A stretch of DNA of 64,000 nucleotides from an uncultured Acidobacteriota bacterium (GTDB lineage: Bacteria > Acidobacteriota > Thermoanaerobaculia > Gp7-AA8). Below are positions 33,534-46,753 of this stretch, in pieces; the first letter of the stretch is position 1, and each line of letters starts with the position of its first letter. The notes under the pieces were generated by a model, which worked only from the letters and a program-made list of their open reading frames with translations, searched no databases and was not told the DNA's origin. Location of the stretch: positions 544,001-608,000 of the forward strand of contig CAWGHO010000002.1 of NCBI GenBank assembly GCA_963822445.1, given 5' to 3'. The translations under genes and the position numbers were made by a program.

Positions 33534-33764
33534 TCAACAGCGATCCTTGACGATTGCGCTGGCTTTTTCGCGGAGCGAATCGCAGCAGGTGGTCCACTGC
33601 GTGTCGAACCAGCCGTTCTCGCGTCCGTGAATGGACACGGCTACGACGGGACGATTGTGCTCATCACAGCGGAGGGCGGCGGCGCGATCGAGCCGCTCCC
33701 GCAATTTCTCGCGCAATACGGAGCGGCCGCGGTCTTCGATTTTGATTTCCATTGGATTTCTCAA
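33534..33764 (-). CDS. Small hypothetical protein with CxxH and CC motifs
   Basis: Fills the gap in a co-oriented run, 4-nt overlap with the upstream gene; RCDEH..TTCCDSL. Confidence 0.55.
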   Translation of the reverse strand: MRNPMEIKIEDRGRSVLREKLRERLDRAAALRCDEHNRPVVAVSIHGRENGWFDTQWTTCCDSLREKASAIVKDRC

Positions 33765-34201
33765 AGCGCGGATGCGACCTGCGGCACGAGCGGGGTCGCT
33801 GTCTCGCGGCGCGGCGGAAGCATCATGTGCCAGCGCGCGACGACGTCATTGGGGATGATGAACTCGAAGGTCTGACTGTGCGAGCGCAGACGCAGTACTT
33901 TCCCGCTGGCGATGGCCAGCCCGGTGGCCAGTTCCGTGTCGTATTCGATCTCGCGGACCCACTGCAGGTCGATCGAGCCTTCCATGTCCCCGTTCTCGTA
34001 AAAGAACGTTTCCTGCGTCAGTGCCAGGGCGACGGCCTGATGGCGGTTCGCGTCGACGAACTCTCCCCTGCTGACCATGCGGGAGGTCCCGCGGCGTTTC
34101 TCATTGAATGCGGCAATGCGATCGGCGCCGAAACGGCGATAGAGATTCCAGCCGAGGAGTGCGACGGCGATGACTGCGGCAATGGTTAACGCTGTAAACA
34201 T
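33761..34201 (-). CDS. Hypothetical membrane-anchored protein (possible PH-like domain)
   Basis: AAGGAG RBS, N-terminal TM helix, beta-rich domain ending in a W-containing helix. Confidence 0.7.
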   Translation of the reverse strand: MFTALTIAAVIAVALLGWNLYRRFGADRIAAFNEKRRGTSRMVSRGEFVDANRHQAVALALTQETFFYENGDMEGSIDLQWVREIEYDTELATGLAIASGKVLRLRSHSQTFEFIIPNDVVARWHMMLPPRRETATPLVPQVASAL

Positions 34202-34223
34202 GAAGAGTCTCCTTCCAAAGAGA

Positions 34224-34251
34224 GGGAGAACGATCAGCCGATCGTTCTCCC
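34224..34251 (-). terminator. Hairpin after the RRM gene, probable intrinsic terminator or processing stem
   Basis: Perfect 12-bp stem GGGAGAACGATC/GATCGTTCTCCC, 4-nt loop, followed by TCTCTTT on the minus strand. Confidence 0.6.
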
Positions 34252-34260
34252 GGCGGACAA

Positions 34261-34524
34261 CTAGGCGTGGATGGCTGCGTCTTTTTTCGGCTTGGCCTCG
34301 TTGACTTTGAGGTTCTGGCCATTGACGTCGCGTCCATCGAGACCGGTGATGGCCGCGCGGGCCTCATCGGCGGTGGTGAACTCGATGAAGCCGAAGCCCT
34401 TCGACTCGCCGCTGGAACGCTCGGTGGCGACGTTCGCCGAGACGATCTTGCCGAACGGCGTGGCCAGATCGTTGAGCTGGGAGTCGTTGATCTGCTTGGA
34501 GAGATTGCCTACATACAATTTCAT
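34261..34524 (-). CDS. RRM-domain RNA-binding protein
   Basis: RNP2 LYVGNL, RNP1 KGFGFIEF, LKVNEAKP; AGGAG RBS. Confidence 0.95.
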   Translation of the reverse strand: MKLYVGNLSKQINDSQLNDLATPFGKIVSANVATERSSGESKGFGFIEFTTADEARAAITGLDGRDVNGQNLKVNEAKPKKDAAIHA

Positions 34525-34850
34525 TTGAAGCTCCTGGCCGGCTTCTGGCCGGCAATTCATTCGAAAGCTGTAGCAGAGGGCTTGCGCCGCTTGTCACGCT
34601 TCGAAGGAATGGGAGGCTAAGAGGGGTGAGTCCAGAGGATCTGACTTAGTTCAGATGGACTGAAATGCCGGAGAAGTTTCCCCGGCCGGACCCACCATAC
34701 GCGGTTTGGCTGCCAATGTCACTGCCGGGACTTTACGGCGCCGTTAATGCATTACCACTTGCAGTCCCGCAAAGTTCTCTGATTTTCACGTCGTAACTTC
34801 GACGGCTGCGTCTTGCGATCGCGACCGGTACTCAAACCAGGAGGCGATTC

Positions 34851-37195
<2,345 letters not shown>

Positions 37196-37199
<4 letters not shown>

Positions 37200-37582
37200 G
37201 CACGATCCTGATCGTCGAAGACAACGAGATGAATCGCGACATGCTCTCGCGCCGGCTGATGCGCGTTGGTTACGAGGTATTGATTGCGGTGGATGGCGAG
37301 ACCGGGATCGAGATGGCCCGCACGACCGCGCCCGACCTGATCCTGATGGACATGAGCCTGCCGGTGATGGATGGCTGGGAAGCAACGCGCCGCATGAAGT
37401 CGGATGAGACTCTCAGGCACATCCCGGTCATCGCGCTGACCGCTCATGCGATGGCAAACGACCGCGACAAAGCGCTCGCAGCCGGGTGCGACGACTACGA
37501 CACGAAGCCGATCGAGCTTCCCCGCCTGCTTGCAAAGATGGACGCGCTGCTGTTCGCGCCCGCTTCCGAGCGTGGGTCATGA
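37196..37582 (+). CDS. Single-domain response regulator (DivK/CheY-like)
   Basis: ILIVEDN, ILMDMSLP, ALTAHA, DTKP; ATGA overlaps on both sides. Confidence 0.92.
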
Positions 37583-39000
37583 GCACGTTGCCGAAGCCGC
37601 ATTCGGGCCGGCGCTCCACCAAGACGACGCTTTCGCCGCAGCTTCTTCATGACCTGCGCAGCCCTCTGAATCAGATCATGGGCTACTCGGAGATCCTGAT
37701 CGAGGAGGTCGACGGTCCGCTTCGCGATGGATTCGTCGCCGATCTTCAGAAGGTCCGGGACGCCGGCCAGAAAATGCTCCGGATCATCGAGGGGAACTTC
37801 ACCACGGTCGCCGACAGCCGTCCGGCCACGATTGCGCTGGCCGAGGAAGACGAGCCGGCACCGGAGCCTGCTGCGTACGCGGACCGGCGGGTGATTGCAC
37901 CCGGTCTGCTACTCGTGGTCGACGATGACGAAACCAATCGCGACGTGCTGTCCAGAAGGCTGAAACGCCAAGGCCACAAAGTCGAAACGGCCAGCAGCGG
38001 CAGCGAGGCGCTGCTGCTCATGCGCGCCACCGAGTTCGACGTCGTGCTGCTCGACATCATGATGCCGGACATGGACGGCTACGACGTCCTCGGCCAGATC
38101 AAGGCCGACGAGCAGCTCAAGCACATCCCCGTGATCATGATCTCCGCGCTCACGGAGTTGCGGTCAGTGGTGCGCTGCATCGAGGCCGGCGCGGAAGACT
38201 ATCTGGCCAAGCCGTTCGATCCGACGCTGCTCCGAGCACGCATCGGGGCGTCGCTCGGCAAGAAGCGCGGACGCGATCGGGAGACCGAGCTGTACGCGCA
38301 GCTTCAGGAAAACTACAAGCGGCTTCAGGAGATGGAGAAGCTGCGCGACGACATGCGGAACATGATCGTCCACGATCTGCGCACGCCGCTGACGTCGGTG
38401 ATCGTCGGCGTGGAGATGCTCGAGAAGCACGGCGCATTGAACGAAATGCAGCGGGACATGATGACCATCGCCGCCGGCGGCGGCCGCACGCTGCTGAGCA
38501 TGATCAACGACCTGCTCGACGTGGAGAAGATGGAAGCGGGCGCCACGAAGCTGCAGTTCGAAGAGCTGGCCGCTTCGACGCTGGTCGCCGGTGCGGTGAC
38601 GCAGGTCGCGTCGCTGGCCGTGGACGCGCAGACAACCGTCGTAACGGACATCGCCGAAGATCTTCCGGCGTTCCGCGGCGATCAGAACAAGTTGAGCCGC
38701 ACGCTGGTCAATCTGATCGCGAATGCCATCAAGTTCACCCGCGCGGGAACGGTGACCGTCACCGCCTCTCAGAACGACGGCCACATCGTCTTCGCGATCT
38801 CCGACACCGGACCGGGGATCCCGGAGGAAGCGTTCGACCGGATCTTCGAGAAGTTCGGACAGCTCGATCCGCGGAACAAGGTCGGCACCGGACTCGGACT
38901 GGCGTTCTGCAAGCTGGCGGTGGAAGCGCACGGCGGGCGGATTCGGGTCGAAAGCACGCTGGGGGTGGGAAGCACGTTCTCGTTCACGATTCCTGTCTAG
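37579..39000 (+). CDS. HisKA-REC-HisKA-HATPase hybrid kinase
   Basis: LLHDLRSPL, LLDIMMP, VHDLRTPL, NLIANAIKF, GTGLGL. Confidence 0.9.
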   Translation: MSTLPKPHSGRRSTKTTLSPQLLHDLRSPLNQIMGYSEILIEEVDGPLRDGFVADLQKVRDAGQKMLRIIEGNFTTVADSRPATIALAEEDEPAPEPAAYADRRVIAPGLLLVVDDDETNRDVLSRRLKRQGHKVETASSGSEALLLMRATEFDVVLLDIMMPDMDGYDVLGQIKADEQLKHIPVIMISALTELRSVVRCIEAGAEDYLAKPFDPTLLRARIGASLGKKRGRDRETELYAQLQENYKRLQEMEKLRDDMRNMIVHDLRTPLTSVIVGVEMLEKHGALNEMQRDMMTIAAGGGRTLLSMINDLLDVEKMEAGATKLQFEELAASTLVAGAVTQVASLAVDAQTTVVTDIAEDLPAFRGDQNKLSRTLVNLIANAIKFTRAGTVTVTASQNDGHIVFAISDTGPGIPEEAFDRIFEKFGQLDPRNKVGTGLGLAFCKLAVEAHGGRIRVESTLGVGSTFSFTIPV

Positions 39001-39066
39001 GAGTGCGGCGGCAGAGCCGCCGCTTTGGTACGTCCTCGCAAAGCGGCGGCTCTGCCGCCGCACTCC
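39000..39066. repeat. REP-like palindrome GGAGTGCGGCGGC...GCCGCCGCACTCC
   Basis: Perfect long inverted repeat with internal GCCGCCGCTTT/AAAGCGGCGGC between two convergent stops. Confidence 0.8.
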
Positions 39067-40394
39067 TAAACGTACTTCTTCGGCAGGATCACCCGAAACG
39101 TCGTCCCTTGGCCGGGACTGGTGGCCAGTTCCAGACCTGCATCGAGCAACTCGCAAAGGCGCTTGACGATCGACAGACCCACGCCCTCACCGGGCTGCTG
39201 CACGTCGGTCAGCGCGGGTGACTGCGAGCCGAGGGTCGTCGCGGAGGGCATGTCTTTGCGGCGATCGGTACTGGCGTTGCGCGCATCGGCGGCGGCCTTC
39301 GTCGCGTCGTGCAGCTCGTGCGCGAACGGCGCGGCCTGGTTCTCGTCGATTCCCGGTCCGGTGTCCTGCACGGAGAAGGTCCAGCGATTGGTATCGCGGC
39401 CGGTATCGAAGCCCCAGGTGACCGACACGCCGCCGACCGGCGTGTATTTGAGCGCGTTGAGCAGCAGATTCTGCACGATGCGCAGGACCTTGCTCTTGTC
39501 GCCTTCGACGATCAGTTCATCGGGCCCGGACATCTTCAGATACAACCCGCGATCCGTCGCCGCGGCCTGCGATGCGGTGCAGAAATCGCGCAGTAGTTCC
39601 GCCGCATCAAACTCGGAGATCTCGCGCAGCTCGTGACCCGCTTCGAGACGGGCCAGGCTCAGAAGGTCGTTCAGCATGTCGTGCAGCGAGGCCACGCTCT
39701 TGCTGAGCATGTCCGCGACTTCGACGCGGATCGGCTCCGGCAATCCATCACCGCCCTCGCCGCTCAGCAGCGTGGTCGCCCCGCGCACCACGGTCACGCT
39801 GCCGCGAAGGTCATGAGCGGCCCTGCGCCACGCTTCGGCGCGCGACCGTTCCAACGTCTGCAGGGCGTCCATTGCCCGCTCGAGATCGGCGGCATGGCCG
39901 GCCGCCTCGCTCTGATGGCGCTGCCAGTACTGCATCGCGCTTTCGGTCACGCCGTGTGTACACAACTCCGTCCACGCCCGGCGTGCGGTGGGCATGACGC
40001 TCCGCTCGAGTTCGTCGTGGGCCGCTTCGTAGCGCTCGAGCTCATCGGCGACGGTGATCTGAAGATGTCCCCACTCCCGGATCAGCTCGCGAAGTTGATA
40101 GCCCTGCTGCCAGCGCTGCAGTCCATGCTCGCAAACCTTGGCGTGCTCGTTCCGATCGGCGGCCGCGTCCTGGGCATCGGGCCAGGCCTCGATGGTGCTG
40201 GCCAGACAGTCGAGAACGGCCGGGATGTGGTCGTTGAACTGCGCGCGGGACAGCGAGGAGGCGATGCTGTGCTCGGCGTCGGCGTTCCCCGCATCCCGCC
40301 ACGCCTGGAGGATCACATCGCGGCGTCCGAGCAGATGATCGGAAAGCGCACCGAGTTGCTGGCGCGCATGGTTAGCCTGGAGGAGAGCGGACAC
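39066..40394 (-). CDS. Cytoplasmic histidine kinase with N-terminal RsbRD_N-like helical domain
   Basis: HGLQRWQQGY sensor segment, AHDLRGSV, NLLLNALKYT, DTGPG, GEGVGLSIV. Start uncertain. Confidence 0.85.
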   Translation of the reverse strand: MSALLQANHARQQLGALSDHLLGRRDVILQAWRDAGNADAEHSIASSLSRAQFNDHIPAVLDCLASTIEAWPDAQDAAADRNEHAKVCEHGLQRWQQGYQLRELIREWGHLQITVADELERYEAAHDELERSVMPTARRAWTELCTHGVTESAMQYWQRHQSEAAGHAADLERAMDALQTLERSRAEAWRRAAHDLRGSVTVVRGATTLLSGEGGDGLPEPIRVEVADMLSKSVASLHDMLNDLLSLARLEAGHELREISEFDAAELLRDFCTASQAAATDRGLYLKMSGPDELIVEGDKSKVLRIVQNLLLNALKYTPVGGVSVTWGFDTGRDTNRWTFSVQDTGPGIDENQAAPFAHELHDATKAAADARNASTDRRKDMPSATTLGSQSPALTDVQQPGEGVGLSIVKRLCELLDAGLELATSPGQGTTFRVILPKKYV

Positions 40395-40508
40395 GTGAAG
40401 GGAAGGAATGCACGAAACGACCCACAAAAAGAAATATGGGCCTCCCCGTAATAAGCTGGTTCACATTCTGCTTTGCTTTGAGGTAACTGAAGTCTGCGGA
40501 GACGATTG

Positions 40509-41597
40509 ATGACTGAAGCGGCCCGGAACCCCGATCAAGAAGTGCGCGCGGGAGGCATCGACTATTTCGTGATGTCCTTCCTCATCTTCACGCCCATTGT
40601 GGGCGTGCTGGGCACCGCGCTTTACACGTATTTCAACGGATTCCAGCTCTGGATGCCTCTGCTCGCGCTCGGCATGTACGCCCTGGTCGGAATCTCGATC
40701 TGCGCGGGATACCACCGCTTCTTCTCCCACAAGAGCTACGAGGCCTCGAAGCCGGTCCAGATCTTCTACGCGATCTTCGGCGCGATGGCCGCGCAGAACT
40801 CGATCCTCTGGTGGTCGTCCAGCCATCGCAATCATCACCAGTTCGTCGACAAGGACTGGGATCCGTACAACATCAAGCGCGGCTTCTGGTGGGCGCACAT
40901 CCTCTGGGTGTTCTATCGCCACCCGGCTCCTGACGCGGAAGCGAACGCACCTGACCTGCTGAAGAACCCGATCGTCCGCTGGCAGAACCGCTGGTACAAG
41001 GCGATCCTGATCGTCGGCGGCTTCGGCCTGCCCACTCTCGTCGGCGCCGCGTTCGGCGATCCGATCGCCGGTCTGCTCTGGGGCGGCTTCCTCCGCCTGG
41101 CCGTGATTCATCACACGACGTTTTTCGTGAACTCGCTCGCGCACTACATCGGCAAGCCGGCGTACAACGCGGAAGTCTCAGCCCGCGACAACTGGGCCGT
41201 CGCCCTGCTCACCCTGGGCGAGGGCTATCACAGCTTCCATCACCGCTTCCCCGCCGATTTCCGCAACGGGATCCGCTGGTATCACTGGGACCCGGCGAAG
41301 TGGTTCATCGCCAGCCTCCGCGGAGTCGGTCTGGCCAGCGATCTCCGCTCGGCCACGCCGCCGCAGATCGAACAGGCGCGCATGGAAGCGGAGCTTCGCG
41401 AGATCGAGCCGCGCCTTGCGGTCGCCCACAGCGACATCGCCGATCACGTGCGCAAACTGATCGCCGACGCGCGGGTGCATCTGGAGACGGCGATGACGCT
41501 CTGGCGCGAGCACGATACGCGTCGCGTCGCGCGTCGCCACGTTCGCGAGGCCCGTCGGCGCTGGCGTCGTGCTTCGCGCGTTGCGGCTGCGGCATAG
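40509..41597 (+). CDS. Acyl-CoA/acyl-lipid delta-9 fatty acid desaturase
   Basis: His boxes HRFFSH, HRNHH, HSFHH; NSLAH; WDPAKW. Confidence 0.93.
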   Translation: MTEAARNPDQEVRAGGIDYFVMSFLIFTPIVGVLGTALYTYFNGFQLWMPLLALGMYALVGISICAGYHRFFSHKSYEASKPVQIFYAIFGAMAAQNSILWWSSSHRNHHQFVDKDWDPYNIKRGFWWAHILWVFYRHPAPDAEANAPDLLKNPIVRWQNRWYKAILIVGGFGLPTLVGAAFGDPIAGLLWGGFLRLAVIHHTTFFVNSLAHYIGKPAYNAEVSARDNWAVALLTLGEGYHSFHHRFPADFRNGIRWYHWDPAKWFIASLRGVGLASDLRSATPPQIEQARMEAELREIEPRLAVAHSDIADHVRKLIADARVHLETAMTLWREHDTRRVARRHVREARRRWRRASRVAAAA

Positions 41598-41599
41598 GG

Positions 41600-41747
41600 G
41601 ACCGACGGGGGGCCTCCGGCGGGCCGGCCGCGGGCCGGCAGGCGCTGGTGTTGGCGCGAACGCGACTCGCGCCAGCTACCGCGACTTCGGCAGAAGGCAC
41701 AACCAGCGCCTGCCGGCCCGTGGCCGGCCCGCCGGAGGCCCCTCGGT

Positions 41748-41748
<1 letters not shown>
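41600..41748. repeat. Long GC-rich palindromic (REP/MITE-like) element
   Basis: Arms of about 50 bp (GACCGA..GGCCTCCGGCGGGCCGGCC..GGGCCGGCAGGCGCTGGT and its complement) between convergent genes. Confidence 0.75.
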
Positions 41749-43406
<1,658 letters not shown>

Positions 43407-43496
43407 TTAGTTTAGTGACCCACGGCACGCTCCGGTTTCTCCGGCGTCCCCATAATCGCCGGCCTCTCTCTCTTCACAACTCGCAGGAGGAACATC

Positions 43497-45545
43497 ATGG
43501 CTCGGTCTCTCGGGACATTTCTCTTACTTCTCTGCGCCCTCGGCGCGCAGGCGGCGGTCCTCGAAGTCGAAGGTCCGCAGGACAGTCTGGCCGGTGCGCC
43601 AACCATCAATCACTGCACGCTGCGCAAAGCGGTCATCAACGCGAACACCAATGGCGGCGGGTATCCGCAATGCCTCGCAGGCACGCTCGGCGTCGACACG
43701 ATCACCATCCCCGCGGGCATGTCCATCACCTTCGCGCTGGCAGGGACGATGGAAGACGCCGGACTTACCGGCGATCTGGACATCACCGACGACCTGATCA
43801 TCCAGGGCAACGGCGCGACGATCGACGGCGCGGATCTCGACCGCATCTTCGACATCCATCCCGGCGTGACGGTCACCATCTACGACCTCACGCTCCAGAA
43901 CGGGCGCGGGAACGGCGCCGGCGGCGGAATCCAGCTGAACGACTCCACGCTCAACCTGCACAACGTGACCATCACCAGCTGCCACGCTCCGAACGGCGAC
44001 GGCGGCGCGATCCTCACCGCCAACAGCGCCGTGCTGAACATGACCAACTGCACGATCAGCGGCAACACCGCCGCGCATTACGCCGGCGGCGTGATCATCG
44101 GCGGCGGCACGGCGACGGTGAAAAGCTGCACGATCACGGGCAACTCGTCGGGCTTCAGCAATCTCACCGGCGGCTTTCACGCCGGCGGCATGACCACGCT
44201 GCAGAACACGGTCATCGCCGGCAACACCGGCCTCGATCTTCCCAACGTCGCCGGCTTCTTCACGAGCCTCGGCCACAACATCATCGGCAACTACGGAACG
44301 AACGTCGCCGCGATCAGCATCACCGCCACCACCGGCGATCAGTTCCAGGTCAACGACGCACTGCTGAACTTCGGACCGCTGCAGAACAACGGCGGACTGA
44401 CGCCGACCCATGCGCTGCTTGCGGGCAGCATCGCCCTCGATGCGGGCAACAGCGGCGGCGTGATCACCGACCAGCGCGCTCTGACCCGCCCCTGCGACAA
44501 CGCGGCGATCGCGAATGCCGCGGGCGGCGACGGCGCGGATGTCGGTGCGTTCGAAGAGCAGGTCCTCTGCGCCACGGTCAACGTGGCGCCGGATGCGGTT
44601 GATGACGCGGCGGTGGTCGCGGAAGACAGCGGCTCGAACAGCATCGACGTGCTGGCGAACGACAGCGATTCGAACGGCGACGCGCTGACGATTCTCAGCG
44701 TCACCGCGGCCTCGAACGGCACCGCCGGCATCAGCGGCGGCATGGTCACGTACGCGCCGGATCCGAACTTCTTCGGCAGCGACTCCTTCACCTACACGAT
44801 CTCCGACGGCACGGAGAGCGACACGGCCACGATCAACGTCACGGTGACGAACGTCAACGACGCGCCGGTCGCGGCTGGCGAGTCGTACAACATGAATCAG
44901 GACACCACGCTCACCGTTCCGGCGGCGGGCGTGCTCGCCAACGACTCGGACATCGACGGGCCGTCGCTGAGCGCGGTGCTCGACAGCGGTCTGCCCGGCC
45001 TCGCGCTCAATGCGAACGGCGGCTTCTCCTACACGCCGCCGCTGAACTTCGCGGGTCAGGTCTCGTTCACCTACCACGCGAGCGACGGCGTCGCGTCTTC
45101 GAACACAGTCACAGTGACGATCGACGTCGCCGATACGCAGGCCCCGGAGATCACCGCGTCGACGGCGATTTCCTCGATCTGGCCGCCGAATTCGAAGATG
45201 GTCGATGTCGGCCTGACCTACAGCGCAATCGACAACAGCAGCGCGGTCACGACCTCGTTCACGGTCTTCAGCGATGAGGACGACGTGACGCCGGCCGGAG
45301 GCGAGCAGTTCCCCGACGCGATCGGCGCGCTGAGCCTTCGCGCGGACCGCAACGCGAAGAGCGACGGCCGCGTGTACCTGATCCGCATCACCGCGACCGA
45401 TGCGTTCTCGAACACGAGCTACGCGTGCCTCACCGTGGTCGTGCCGAAGAGTCTCAGCGCGGCCGACGTCGCCTCGGTGAATGCGCAGGCTGCCGCGGCG
45501 CAGGCGCAATGCACGGGTGGCGGGATGTTCATCATCGGGGATTGA
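43497..45545 (+). CDS. Secreted CSLREA-like/beta-helix protein with choice-of-anchor Q, two Ig/cadherin-like domains and a WPPN C-terminal domain
   Basis: CTLRKAVINAN, GDLDITDDL, NNGGLTPTHAL..DQR..DVGAFE, DVLANDSD repeats, IWPPNSKM..DGRVY. Confidence 0.85.
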   Translation: MARSLGTFLLLLCALGAQAAVLEVEGPQDSLAGAPTINHCTLRKAVINANTNGGGYPQCLAGTLGVDTITIPAGMSITFALAGTMEDAGLTGDLDITDDLIIQGNGATIDGADLDRIFDIHPGVTVTIYDLTLQNGRGNGAGGGIQLNDSTLNLHNVTITSCHAPNGDGGAILTANSAVLNMTNCTISGNTAAHYAGGVIIGGGTATVKSCTITGNSSGFSNLTGGFHAGGMTTLQNTVIAGNTGLDLPNVAGFFTSLGHNIIGNYGTNVAAISITATTGDQFQVNDALLNFGPLQNNGGLTPTHALLAGSIALDAGNSGGVITDQRALTRPCDNAAIANAAGGDGADVGAFEEQVLCATVNVAPDAVDDAAVVAEDSGSNSIDVLANDSDSNGDALTILSVTAASNGTAGISGGMVTYAPDPNFFGSDSFTYTISDGTESDTATINVTVTNVNDAPVAAGESYNMNQDTTLTVPAAGVLANDSDIDGPSLSAVLDSGLPGLALNANGGFSYTPPLNFAGQVSFTYHASDGVASSNTVTVTIDVADTQAPEITASTAISSIWPPNSKMVDVGLTYSAIDNSSAVTTSFTVFSDEDDVTPAGGEQFPDAIGALSLRADRNAKSDGRVYLIRITATDAFSNTSYACLTVVVPKSLSAADVASVNAQAAAAQAQCTGGGMFIIGD

Positions 45546-45547
45546 TC

Positions 45548-45660
45548 GTACGGCGGGCGTCCCGCCCGCATCCGGCCGGGCATCGTGCCCGGCCGTCACA
45601 GCGAAGTGATAGCGCCGGGCGGAAACGCCCGGCGCGAGGCGGGCGAGACGCCCGCCGTAC
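45548..45660. repeat. GTAC-bounded REP-like element
   Basis: GTACGGCGGGCGTCCCGCCCGC ... GCGGGCGAGACGCCCGCCGTAC; paralog of 30152-30251. Confidence 0.75.
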
Positions 45661-46188
45661 TCACTTCTGTCCGAAGATGCTGCCGAGCGACGGGATGTTC
45701 AGACCGCCGCCCAGGCCACCCTCATTCAACACGTTGGGCAGCGCGTTCGCGTCGATGCCCTTCTGCCTCTTCATCCGTCCGAGAACGCCCATGATGATCG
45801 GGGCGAGCATGGCCATCAGCTGCGCGACCTGAGCGGCATCGAGTCCCGAGGCCTTGCCCACTCCCTGCTCCACGGGATCGCGCTTGGAGCCGAGGATGTG
45901 GCCGAGGATCTTGCCGCCGATCCCGCCGAGTGCACCGCCACCGCCGCCGCCACCGAGCAGGCCGCCGAGGTTGTCGAGGATGCTGCCGTCGTGTGCGTTG
46001 AGGGCGTTGTCGAGCGCGGCCGCGCCCTGCGGCTCCGCGACGTTCTGCGAAAGGCCGCCGAGAAGCGCGGGCAAAGCCATCGAGATCGCCTTCGACGTCG
46101 CCTCGGGGTCCGCGCCGAGCGTGCCGCTCAACTGATGAATCGTGTCCGGGCCAAGTTGCTGGCGTACTTCTTCGAGGATCGAGCTCAT
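45661..46188 (-). CDS. DUF937 family protein
   Basis: ALPALLGGL..LDNALNAHDGSILD..GGKILGHILG..LAPIIMGVLG. Confidence 0.8.
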   Translation of the reverse strand: MSSILEEVRQQLGPDTIHQLSGTLGADPEATSKAISMALPALLGGLSQNVAEPQGAAALDNALNAHDGSILDNLGGLLGGGGGGGALGGIGGKILGHILGSKRDPVEQGVGKASGLDAAQVAQLMAMLAPIIMGVLGRMKRQKGIDANALPNVLNEGGLGGGLNIPSLGSIFGQK

Positions 46189-46194
46189 GACGCG

Positions 46195-46620
46195 CTAATC
46201 CAGAAGACTCGCCGGCACCTTGCCGCCGTTCTCAGCCAGCTTCTTCATCACTTCCTTGTGCAACCAGATGTTCATCTTCGCGGAGTCGTCCGTGTCGCCG
46301 GTGTATCCGAGCTCCTTCGCGAGCTCCTTGCGCTCGGCGAGGCTGCTTTCCATGCCGACGAGCTTCATCAGGTCGACGATCGAATGCTTCCAGTCGAGCT
46401 TCTCGCTGTTCTTCGCGGCCATGCCGTTGAGCACGGCCTCGACGTCGACATTGGCTGCGGTCCCGAGACCCGGCACGGCCTGTCCGACCGGCACACCCTG
46501 CCGCTGCGCTGCTTCGACGCGCGATTCGTTGCTCTGCCCCGGTTTGTAAGCGTCATGCGGAGCTTCCGCCGTCGCGCCGCCGCGGAAGATCTTGTCCATC
46601 ATTTTTCCGAAGAGTCCCAT
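46195..46620 (-). CDS. DUF3597 family protein
   Basis: LDWKHSIVDLMKL..SSLAERKELAKELGY..DSAKMNIWLHKEVMKKLAENGGKVP. Confidence 0.9.
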   Translation of the reverse strand: MGLFGKMMDKIFRGGATAEAPHDAYKPGQSNESRVEAAQRQGVPVGQAVPGLGTAANVDVEAVLNGMAAKNSEKLDWKHSIVDLMKLVGMESSLAERKELAKELGYTGDTDDSAKMNIWLHKEVMKKLAENGGKVPASLLD

Positions 46621-46753
46621 GTGTTGCCTCCACTCCCGGATAGTGCAATGTACGGTCCCGTACGAATCCCTCTTGCCGGCCGGCCCGCGACGCCTTTAAA
46701 CTCATCAGTAATTCCCCCAAAAAAGCAGTCGCGCGGCCGCGAAAGGAGTGTCT

